Source of the DNA: an uncultured Bacteroidaceae bacterium
Lineage (GTDB): Bacteria; Bacteroidota; Bacteroidia; Bacteroidales; SM23-62
Direction of reading: 5' to 3'
DNA length: 64,000 bases
Assembly (NCBI GenBank): GCA_963752525.1
Contig: CAVVYS010000006.1
Coordinates: forward strand, 105,194-169,193
Positions 47,895 through 56,258 of the stretch are shown here, one piece after another. Numbering within the stretch: position 1 is the first letter of the stretch; each line of letters begins with the position of its first letter. The position numbers were made by a program, and so were the translations under genes. The notes below the pieces were generated by a model. It did not search any database and was not told the origin of the DNA. It saw nothing but the letters and a program-made list of their open reading frames with translations.

Positions 47895-48764
47895 ATGCTC
47901 ATGAAACGCAGAAAATTTATTCAGAACTCCCTGGCCAGCACTGCATTATTAACAGCATTTCCATATGAATTATTTGCAGGAACAAAAAAGTTGTATCCCC
48001 ACGACAGGGTTCAGCTGGGCAATACTGGCATTGAAATGTCAAGGGTGGCAATGGGCACCGGAACACGCGGATTTGGAGGAAGTTCAAACCAGACCCGGCA
48101 GCTAGGTATTAAAGGTGTCTCGGACCTGCTTCGTGCTGCATTTGATGAAGGTATCAATTTCTTCGAAACTGCCGATCAATATGGCTCTCACCCCCACCTT
48201 AAGGAGGCAATGAAGAAAATTGACAGGGAGAAGTTGGTATTGCTCACCAAGACGAACTCCACCACTTACAAGAATGTTAAAAGTGATCTGGAGCGGTTCA
48301 AAAATGAACTAGGAACCGATTATTTTGATATTGTTCTTCTACATGCCGTTACCGATCCTGATTGGAATAAGAATATGAAAGGTGCCATGGATGCCTTAAG
48401 CGAAGCCAAAGAAGAGGGAACAATACGGGCTCACGGGATTTCATGTCATTCAATTGGCGCATTGGAAACCACCGCGGATGAGCCATGGGTCGATGTAGAC
48501 CTTGCAAGATTTAACCCGGGTGGTGTGGCCATGGATGCTGATGTGCCAACAGTGCAAAAGGTGTTGACAAGAATGAAGAAAAATGGGAAAGCCATCATCG
48601 GGATGAAGGTATATGGTCGTGGCCAACTGGTAGACAAAAAGGATGAATGCCTTGAATTTCAAACCGGTTCTGGTATCACCGACCATTTTACCCTGGGTAT
48701 TGAAAGTTATGAGCAATTACAGGACATTCTAAAGAGGTTCCCAGAGGCCAGCGTCAGGGGTTAA
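47895..48764 (+). CDS. Aldo/keto reductase with twin-arginine signal
   Basis: MKRRKFI Tat motif; LGNTGI..S...MGT, GINFFETADQYG, LTKT and DIVLLH motifs. Confidence 0.9.
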   Translation: MLMKRRKFIQNSLASTALLTAFPYELFAGTKKLYPHDRVQLGNTGIEMSRVAMGTGTRGFGGSSNQTRQLGIKGVSDLLRAAFDEGINFFETADQYGSHPHLKEAMKKIDREKLVLLTKTNSTTYKNVKSDLERFKNELGTDYFDIVLLHAVTDPDWNKNMKGAMDALSEAKEEGTIRAHGISCHSIGALETTADEPWVDVDLARFNPGGVAMDADVPTVQKVLTRMKKNGKAIIGMKVYGRGQLVDKKDECLEFQTGSGITDHFTLGIESYEQLQDILKRFPEASVRG

Positions 48765-48883
48765 TGGTATGTAAATACCTGACATGGATATGATCAGATA
48801 TTTGTTTTGAACTTTTACGGGCTGCCGGAAGCAGGAAACAATTGATCCAATAGATTAGTTTTACCCCCACCAATTTTAACCAT

Positions 48884-50251
48884 GTGAGACAATTCCAGAG
48901 AATCTTACTTTTTGTAGCTGTTTTGATACCCCAGGTAGTATTTTACTCGTGCCGGAAGGTACCGGAAGGTTATGCAGCATCGGACAAATACAGGCTCGTT
49001 TGGACCAGTGATCCTTCCACTACCCTCACCATTGCCTGGGATCAGCTTGATGGCACCACAGGAGAAGTTTATTATGGCCAGGTTGACCTGGGACGAAAGT
49101 ACTGGAAGTACCCTGAATCCCAGGCTCCGCAGGATGTAATGGACAGGTATGATATGCATACACGATTTGCGAAAATATCCGAACTTTCTCCCGGCACCAA
49201 TTATTATTTTGTGATACGGGACAATAGCGGGGTTAGCAAACGCTACTGGTTTAAAACGGCACCAGCCCTACCAGAACAATTTACCTTTGTTGCGGGAGGT
49301 GATACCAAAAGTGCTGATGAACCTCTGGAAGCAGGCAGGGCATCCAACAGGCTGGTGTCTAAATTAAGACCGCTATTTGTCATATACAACGGTGATTTCA
49401 CCAGCGGTGACGGGACTGATCCCGATAACTGGAAAAAATGGCTGCACGACTGGCATACACTCACCACTGCCGATGATGGCCTCATGATCCCAATATTCCC
49501 GGTGATGGGTAACCACGAGAGAGGGAATTTGCGAAACCTGAATATCATATTCAATGCTCCATATCAGAATAACGATACTACACATATTTACAATTCGCTA
49601 AATGTGGGAGATAACCTGCTGCATATGATTGCGCTGAACTCAGAGATCAGGACGGACTCCCTGCAGAAAGAATGGTTGATTAGGGACCTTGAAGTACACC
49701 GTGATTTTCAGTTTAAAATAGCAGGGTATCATAAACCGTTCTTCCCTCATACCCAGCGCAAATCTGAAAAACCACATATCTATAACTCCTGGGCCCAGGT
49801 ATTCTATGATTTCGGATTGGCCCTGTCCCTTGATGCGGATTCGCATATGCATAAAATTACTTTCCCCTTAAAACCTGATTCTTCCGACCAGGCATATTCG
49901 GGATTTATCAGGGACGATATAAACGGTACTATGTTTGTTGGCGAAGGAAGCTGGGGAGCCTGGCCGAGAGACAACAATGATGATAAACCCTGGACCTTGA
50001 CCAGCGGCAGCTTTAACCAGATCAAATGGATCCATGTTTTCCCGGAAAAGGAAGATATGGAAGCCCACATGGATATATATACGGTTATATCATGCGTGTA
50101 TGACGAAAATGATAAACAGTCCTTCTATGATGATATAGAAGCATTGCATGAAGAGAATTTATTCAGCCTTCCCGAGGGTATCCACCTGCACCAGATGGAA
50201 ACTTATGGAAACGTCGTAAAATACCCTTTTCATCTTAACGAAGAAGAGTGA
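48884..50251 (+). CDS. Purple-acid-phosphatase-like metallophosphoesterase lipoprotein with an N-terminal FN3-like domain
   Basis: Lipobox FYSC; LSPGTNYYF; GGDT, NGDF, MGNHE and GYHKP motifs. Confidence 0.85.
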   Translation: MRQFQRILLFVAVLIPQVVFYSCRKVPEGYAASDKYRLVWTSDPSTTLTIAWDQLDGTTGEVYYGQVDLGRKYWKYPESQAPQDVMDRYDMHTRFAKISELSPGTNYYFVIRDNSGVSKRYWFKTAPALPEQFTFVAGGDTKSADEPLEAGRASNRLVSKLRPLFVIYNGDFTSGDGTDPDNWKKWLHDWHTLTTADDGLMIPIFPVMGNHERGNLRNLNIIFNAPYQNNDTTHIYNSLNVGDNLLHMIALNSEIRTDSLQKEWLIRDLEVHRDFQFKIAGYHKPFFPHTQRKSEKPHIYNSWAQVFYDFGLALSLDADSHMHKITFPLKPDSSDQAYSGFIRDDINGTMFVGEGSWGAWPRDNNDDKPWTLTSGSFNQIKWIHVFPEKEDMEAHMDIYTVISCVYDENDKQSFYDDIEALHEENLFSLPEGIHLHQMETYGNVVKYPFHLNEEE

Positions 50252-50306
50252 AACCCAGCAATATTCCAATTTTAAAGGTAGTCTTGGCAAATAGCATTGT
50301 AAATAA

Positions 50307-51530
50307 TTACTTAATTTTGTTTTCTAATAAGTAATAGTCAGTGGCCTCATGGCCGGGTAAACGGAAAATATCATAATCGCCATCCCCTTCAAAATCGGCG
50401 ACCCTGCCATTATAAATCCCACCTTTTTCAATTTGTTTTTGGGTCCATTTAAGATTTGTGCCATCGTTCAGATAAATATTTATCGGAAATTCCGTTTTAC
50501 CAATGTTTACTGCACGGTGGCCGTTTACGCCTGCCATAACATCCAAATCGCCATCCAAATCGAAATCGAAAACCTGCAAGGTGTGGCAAGATGAAAGTGA
50601 ATCAGCCACAATGTTTTCCACCCATCCGTTTTCGTTTCTTTGATACCAGGATACCGGATAACCATTGCGCTCAGAATGCGAAATAAAAACTTCAGATTTC
50701 CCATCATCATTCAAGTCAGCACATACATGTTTGGTTGCATTTTGTGACCAGTTACCAGTTTGATTATGCCATTTGCTATCAATGGACTCAACCTTCCATT
50801 CCTTTGATATGTCTCCACCCGGATTGATAAAACAATACCCGGTTGCCACAATATCGAGGTCGCCATCTCCGTCCACATCACCCACATCCATTCCTTCATG
50901 CAAATTGTCAACCTTCATAAACTGAGCCCTGGTAAAAGTGCCATCACTTTCCTGCTGAAATACCGATAAAGTATGTTCATCGAAAGTAAGCACCGCCAAA
51001 TCCAACTTCCCATCATTATTAAAATCGCCAAGACTTAAATCTTTAACTGCATCAGGTACTTCGCCAATGAAAAATACTTCCCACTCCGGATTTTGGTACC
51101 AGAAGAGTTCTGCAGCCTCGCCCGCATCATCCCATTCCCCGGTATGTTTAACAGCCAGAACATCCTGATCTCCATCGCCATCCATATCTCCAGTTTCCAG
51201 ATCACCCGAGGCAAAAGTCCCTCCGCCTGGTGGTTCTTCAGCAATTTTTGTCATTTGCCATAGCCCTTTTTCCTTTTGTCCGGTATAATATCCCAAAAAT
51301 CCACCCGAACTGTTGTTATCAATAAACACTACATCAATCAGTCCATCGTTACTTATATCACTCACCGTAACGCCCCACCAATAACGGGCATTGTTTACCA
51401 AAGCTCTCGATTCGAAAGACAATTCATTAAGAATTTCTCCTTCTGAAGATGGTATTTTCTTGTTTTTTGAAGTACATGAAGTAAAACCAGCTACAATGAC
51501 GATTACAAATATCGGAAGTGTCCTTTTCAT
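50307..51530 (-). CDS. FG-GAP/VCBS repeat lipoprotein
   Basis: Lipobox FTSC; repeated GDMDGDGDQD, GDFNNDGKLD, GDVDGDGDLD and DFDLDGDLD motifs. Confidence 0.88.
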   Translation of the reverse strand: MKRTLPIFVIVIVAGFTSCTSKNKKIPSSEGEILNELSFESRALVNNARYWWGVTVSDISNDGLIDVVFIDNNSSGGFLGYYTGQKEKGLWQMTKIAEEPPGGGTFASGDLETGDMDGDGDQDVLAVKHTGEWDDAGEAAELFWYQNPEWEVFFIGEVPDAVKDLSLGDFNNDGKLDLAVLTFDEHTLSVFQQESDGTFTRAQFMKVDNLHEGMDVGDVDGDGDLDIVATGYCFINPGGDISKEWKVESIDSKWHNQTGNWSQNATKHVCADLNDDGKSEVFISHSERNGYPVSWYQRNENGWVENIVADSLSSCHTLQVFDFDLDGDLDVMAGVNGHRAVNIGKTEFPINIYLNDGTNLKWTQKQIEKGGIYNGRVADFEGDGDYDIFRLPGHEATDYYLLENKIK

Positions 51531-51684
51531 ATTATGTATTTTAATAAAATGTGAAATGTAAGTTGGACAAAACTACTATTATAATTTAAATGCAGAAAAG
51601 GCTTATATTGGTATTGATGTTTGATACTGGGTATCTGAATGAACAGTACTTGTTTCAAAAATCTAAATAAATCCCTACATCCCG

Positions 51685-53922
51685 ATGAAATCGCTATCCA
51701 ATAAACTACGCATGGTCATTTTTACTGGACTTGTGCTGATTTGTACCGCAGGTCTCATGGCCCAGCGCACGGTCATTGACCTCAATGGTACCTGGGAATT
51801 TGACCGCACTGAAAAAGCCTTTCCCCCGAAAAAATTTAGCCGGACCATTCCTGTACCCGGGCTCATCCACCTGGCTGAACCAAAGATTGAAGATTATGAT
51901 GTCTGGTTTAAAAAACCGGAGGTCGTGGAAGCAAAGCATTCCCATGGAGTATATGACATCGACTACAAGCCTAAATACAACTGGTACAGGAAAATGGTCA
52001 GGATCGGGGAAGAACTGAATAACAAGGAATTCCTTCTCCGGATCAAGAAGAGCCAGTATGTGACCCAGGTTTATGTGAATGGGATCGACATGGGTACTTC
52101 CATGGAGTGCTATACCCCGGTTGAATTTCCTGTAACCCGGGCTTTGAGGATTGGAGAAGATAATGAGATCCTGATCAAGGTGGGCGACCGTTTCTGGCTT
52201 CCTCCCCAGGCGGCCGGATCCACGGATAAAGAAAAAGAGCACTACCTCCCTGGGATCTGGGACGATGTGGAACTCATCGCGGCTGGCAAGATCCAGGTAA
52301 ACAACACACTTATATTGCCCGATGCCGCTGGGGGAAAAGTCCTTGCCAAAGTCCGCATGAGATCCTTTTATCCGCAACAAATCATGTACGGTGATCCCAA
52401 GTTTGACTCAGTGAAAGTGAAAGTGGAAGTTTATGAAAAACTTAGCGGGAAGAAGGTGGGAGAAAATAGTATTCTGGCCATTGCACGCAGGGAACATTTT
52501 ACTTTGGCAGAAATACCGGTATCCATATCCGGTCCGAAATTATGGAGCCCGGAACATCCCTTCTTATATGCCACAAAGACAATCCTATTGGCAGGGGATC
52601 GGACCATTGATATGCAGGAGGACCAGTTCGGACTCAGGGATTTTGAACGCAGGGGTAAATATTTTTACCTGAATGGAGAGAAGATTCTTCTGCGGGGTAC
52701 CAACATCACCCTGCAGCGCTTCTTTGAAGACCCTGACTGTGCAGATCTGGCCTGGAACCATGAATGGGTAAAGAAACTTATCATAGATGATCCCAAGGCC
52801 ATTTACTGGAATGCCATGCGTATCTGCGTGGGGATCGTTCCCGATTTCTGGTACGACCTGGCAGATGAATACGGCATGCTTTTCCAGAACGAATGGAATT
52901 ACTGGCAAACCCATGGATGGGATGAGCAGGTAAGGGATGAGTATACTAATTGGGTATGGAGCGACGGAAACCATCCCAGTATTGTGATCTGGGACGCCAT
53001 CAATGAGAACTGGGATGAATACATCGGGAACACCCTGATCCCGGAACTGCAAAAGCTGGATCCGACCAGGACCTGGGATGCCGGTTACATGACTGCATCC
53101 CATATGGGCATTGATGAGATGGATGAACCCCACCCCTACGAGGGAAGGGTACCATGGAAAAGTGAAGAGGAGCTTTTCCAAATGGATTACCCCCTGGGTG
53201 ATCTTGATTATCGGAATGAAAGGAACATAGCCAGTATAGAATCGAGTGCTGCCCAGCTGGTGAACGAATATGGCTGGGTCTGGCTCTGGCGCAATGGGAA
53301 GCCCTCCAAACTCACCACCCAGGTCTACAACTATTATGTGAAGGAAAATTCCACAGCCGAAGAAAACCGGGCCTTCCAGGCTTACTGGCTTCAGTGCGAA
53401 ACCGAATGGTTGCGAAGCATACGTGCCCATGCTGGGGTACTGGCCTTTACCCACCTAACCAACAATTATGGATATACTGGCGACTGGTACATCAATGACA
53501 TTGCAGAACTGGAAAGTGGTCCAACCCTTAGCTGGTTCCGTCATGCCTTTGCTCCATCGGCCGTTTTTATCAACCACCCTGATGAACGCTACATGAAGCA
53601 GTTCGAGCCTCACAAGCCCGGTTCCCGCCTGCTCTTTACCCTCAAAGCCATCAATGATTTAAATGTTGCAGAATCAGGTAAGGTGATGATAAGCCTCCTG
53701 GATCATAAAGGAAAAGCGATATGGAGTCAAGAACAGGAAATACAGGTGGCCCCTTATGGTGAAAAGAACTACCCGGTAGTAATCGATCTGCCTTCAGAAG
53801 CCGGGGCTTACACCCTTGTGACAGAATTTGCTGGAAATGTGAGTCCCTTGAAAAGGCAAATCAGCCGCAGATACATCAATGTAGGGACAACGAATAACAG
53901 ATTTTTTGAAGTCGCTTTTTGA
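51685..53922 (+). CDS. Glycoside hydrolase family 2
   Basis: IDLNGTWEF, LWSPEHPFLY, FYLNGEKILLRGTN, NHPSIVIWDAINE and VNEYG motifs. Confidence 0.9.
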   Translation: MKSLSNKLRMVIFTGLVLICTAGLMAQRTVIDLNGTWEFDRTEKAFPPKKFSRTIPVPGLIHLAEPKIEDYDVWFKKPEVVEAKHSHGVYDIDYKPKYNWYRKMVRIGEELNNKEFLLRIKKSQYVTQVYVNGIDMGTSMECYTPVEFPVTRALRIGEDNEILIKVGDRFWLPPQAAGSTDKEKEHYLPGIWDDVELIAAGKIQVNNTLILPDAAGGKVLAKVRMRSFYPQQIMYGDPKFDSVKVKVEVYEKLSGKKVGENSILAIARREHFTLAEIPVSISGPKLWSPEHPFLYATKTILLAGDRTIDMQEDQFGLRDFERRGKYFYLNGEKILLRGTNITLQRFFEDPDCADLAWNHEWVKKLIIDDPKAIYWNAMRICVGIVPDFWYDLADEYGMLFQNEWNYWQTHGWDEQVRDEYTNWVWSDGNHPSIVIWDAINENWDEYIGNTLIPELQKLDPTRTWDAGYMTASHMGIDEMDEPHPYEGRVPWKSEEELFQMDYPLGDLDYRNERNIASIESSAAQLVNEYGWVWLWRNGKPSKLTTQVYNYYVKENSTAEENRAFQAYWLQCETEWLRSIRAHAGVLAFTHLTNNYGYTGDWYINDIAELESGPTLSWFRHAFAPSAVFINHPDERYMKQFEPHKPGSRLLFTLKAINDLNVAESGKVMISLLDHKGKAIWSQEQEIQVAPYGEKNYPVVIDLPSEAGAYTLVTEFAGNVSPLKRQISRRYINVGTTNNRFFEVAF

Positions 53923-54080
53923 TTAGTATTCCCCAAGTCGGCAGACTGTATCATAGTTTACCGTAAATCCTCCATTTGTTCGCAGATTTATCGTTCTGAG
54001 CGTAAAATATCGCGAAATAATAATGCGAGAACGCAACCATGTGATGATAAAAACAATCTAATCTATAAACTCACTCCTAT

Positions 54081-55574
54081 ATGAAACACATTAAATCTTT
54101 GCTCCGGATTTTTATTTTGATACCAATATTCTTTATAAGCTCCTGTGAAAAGCAACTCGAAGTTGAACAGGAAGGGACACTCGAACTGGGTGTTTTCCTT
54201 GATCAACTGGATGAACAGCTTAAAAGTTCATCTTTAGACAGCAGTGATGTTAAAACGCATTTTGTTGTGATCAGTGTTATCAATGAAAAGGGAGAAACCG
54301 TCTTGGATCATGAACGCCTGGAACTATATAATTTCAGTGGCCATTGGATCACCAAGGAAATCAAATTGAAGGCAGGACAATTTGAGGTAGTTAAATTCCT
54401 GGTTGTCGATGGGGAAGGGAATGTCCTTCTGGCCGCACCTGTTACAGGATCGCCCATGGCCTACCTGGTTGATGACCCCTTGCCCCTTCCGTTCGTGATA
54501 CGGAAAAACCAGACCAGCAGGGTTGCTCCGGAAGTACTGGTGGTCAATAATGAGCCGCCCGAAGCTTTCGGTTACGCGACCTTTGGAGTCAATGTGGTCA
54601 GGACACTGGATTTCTTTGTTGCCGTGTATATAGATGATCCAAGGATCATGGCTCCCACAAGGTTTACCGATGCAAAACTCACGGTTATTATTGATTCACT
54701 CTGGAGACATTCCTTCAAGCTTGAGGCTAAGGTGAACAGGGTCACGGTGCGGGATAACCGCTGGGAATATATACTGGTTGTATATAAGGAAGGTTTTGCA
54801 CCAAAAAAACTGGTGGTGTCGAGGGAGAAGCTCCTGAATACAAGTCCTGAAAATCCTTTAACCATAGGATTACCTTTGGAAGACCTTCATATCCTGGTCC
54901 TTCAGCCTGGGCCGGAGGAGGGAAAAGATGCCATGATCAGCAGGAGCCTGCCAGAGGATAATTTTGGGAAATTCCCGTTTTTCGAGGCTACGGCCATCTC
55001 TCCTGTAAGCAGTGATATACAGCATAAACTTACACGCAGCCTGATTGAATTTGATTTAAACCAGCTGCCTAAAAGTGCCACCATAAAGAGGGCCATCCTG
55101 ACATTGTATTATCCCAGTTACCATTATGCTGACACTGTTTATCCCCTTATGAATACTGCTGGCGGGCAAACAGGTACTGATACCCTGAAACCCTCCCACG
55201 CGGATTATTTAGCTGTATTGCAAAGAGTAATCTCTCCCTGGGAAGAGCATGAAGTGACTTGGGAAAAGCAGCCGAAGACAACAACTGAAAACCAGGTCTT
55301 CATTCCGAGGATCTATTATATCACAGATGCAAGTTGTGATTGTATCGTGCCTCCACTAAGTGAAACAGTTGATGTGACGAAATTGCTGTCTCCAGATGCA
55401 TCAGGAGTCATGCAACATGGCATTTTGCTAAAACTAGTAACAGAGGAATATCCGGATTGGTTGAGGTTTGCTTCAAGTGATTACGATATGCTCTCTACCA
55501 GCAACCAGGAACTGGAAAATCGCTGGCCAAAACTGGAGATCTATTATAACCTTCCATACACTGATAGCCAGTAG
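54081..55574 (+). CDS. DNRLRE/CBM96-like domain lipoprotein
   Basis: Lipobox ISSC; LQPGPEEGKDAMI, RSLIEFDL..LPKSATIKRAIL, WEEHEVTWEKQP and FASSD..PKLEI motifs. Confidence 0.75.
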   Translation: MKHIKSLLRIFILIPIFFISSCEKQLEVEQEGTLELGVFLDQLDEQLKSSSLDSSDVKTHFVVISVINEKGETVLDHERLELYNFSGHWITKEIKLKAGQFEVVKFLVVDGEGNVLLAAPVTGSPMAYLVDDPLPLPFVIRKNQTSRVAPEVLVVNNEPPEAFGYATFGVNVVRTLDFFVAVYIDDPRIMAPTRFTDAKLTVIIDSLWRHSFKLEAKVNRVTVRDNRWEYILVVYKEGFAPKKLVVSREKLLNTSPENPLTIGLPLEDLHILVLQPGPEEGKDAMISRSLPEDNFGKFPFFEATAISPVSSDIQHKLTRSLIEFDLNQLPKSATIKRAILTLYYPSYHYADTVYPLMNTAGGQTGTDTLKPSHADYLAVLQRVISPWEEHEVTWEKQPKTTTENQVFIPRIYYITDASCDCIVPPLSETVDVTKLLSPDASGVMQHGILLKLVTEEYPDWLRFASSDYDMLSTSNQELENRWPKLEIYYNLPYTDSQ

Positions 55575-55598
55575 TTGGTCAGTACGTAATACACACAA

Positions 55599-55630
55599 AA
55601 ATCCCCGGTCGAATTTTGGTCCGGGGATTT
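55599..55630. terminator. Bidirectional intrinsic terminator between convergent genes
   Basis: Inverted repeat aaatccccgg (55599-55608) and ccggggattt (55621-55630), with A/T tails on both sides. Confidence 0.7.
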
Positions 55631-55676
55631 ATTATACTGTGAGGTTCTTACTGGTATCCTTCCGATTGGTCAGCTC

Positions 55677-56249
55677 TTAGCGGAGAGGGGTGAAAACCAT
55701 AGATGGACCTGTAAGATCCCCAGATGGCAAGGGATCGACGGAAGCAATTTTGCCATACTTCTCCTCCAGCTCTGATAGTTCTCCCCAGTCCAGAGCCCTG
55801 AGTGGACATGCATCAATGCAGGTTGGGTTTTGTCCCAGGGAACGGAGATCTGCACACATGTCACATTTACTCATTTCCCCTGTTTCTGCACTATACTGAG
55901 GCGTATCGTATGGGCATGCATCGAAACAGGACTGGCAACCAACACATTTCGACTGGTCTACATGAACAATCCCATCATCCTCTTTGCTGATGGCAGAAAC
56001 CGGGCATACCTCCATACAGGCAGGTGATTTGCAGTGCTGACAGGAGAGGGTCAGATGATACACAAAAACCCCCACAGGTATAAGGTTATCGTTTTCTGTC
56101 ATCCAGGTCCCACCAGTGTGTTCGATTACCCTGCGCCAATTCAGTTCATCCGGCAGGTCGTTTTTATCCCTGCATGAAGTCTGACATGCCTTACAACCGA
56201 TACAAGCACCTATATTCAGATAAAATCCAAGTTGTGTCTTCGCTATCAT
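55677..56249 (-). CDS. dmsB: DMSO reductase-type 4x[4Fe-4S] subunit B
   Basis: CIGCKACQTSC, CQHCKSPACMEVCP, CVGCQSCFDACP and KCDMC..PTCIDACP motifs. Confidence 0.85.
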   Translation of the reverse strand: MIAKTQLGFYLNIGACIGCKACQTSCRDKNDLPDELNWRRVIEHTGGTWMTENDNLIPVGVFVYHLTLSCQHCKSPACMEVCPVSAISKEDDGIVHVDQSKCVGCQSCFDACPYDTPQYSAETGEMSKCDMCADLRSLGQNPTCIDACPLRALDWGELSELEEKYGKIASVDPLPSGDLTGPSMVFTPLR

Positions 56250-56258
56250 CTCTTGATT

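Noticed and set aside
51706-53454. Long antisense ORFs (224 and 289 aa) opposite the GH2 gene
   Set aside because: They are shadow ORFs of a well-supported gene and have no recognisable motifs. The same applies to most short ORFs in the track.
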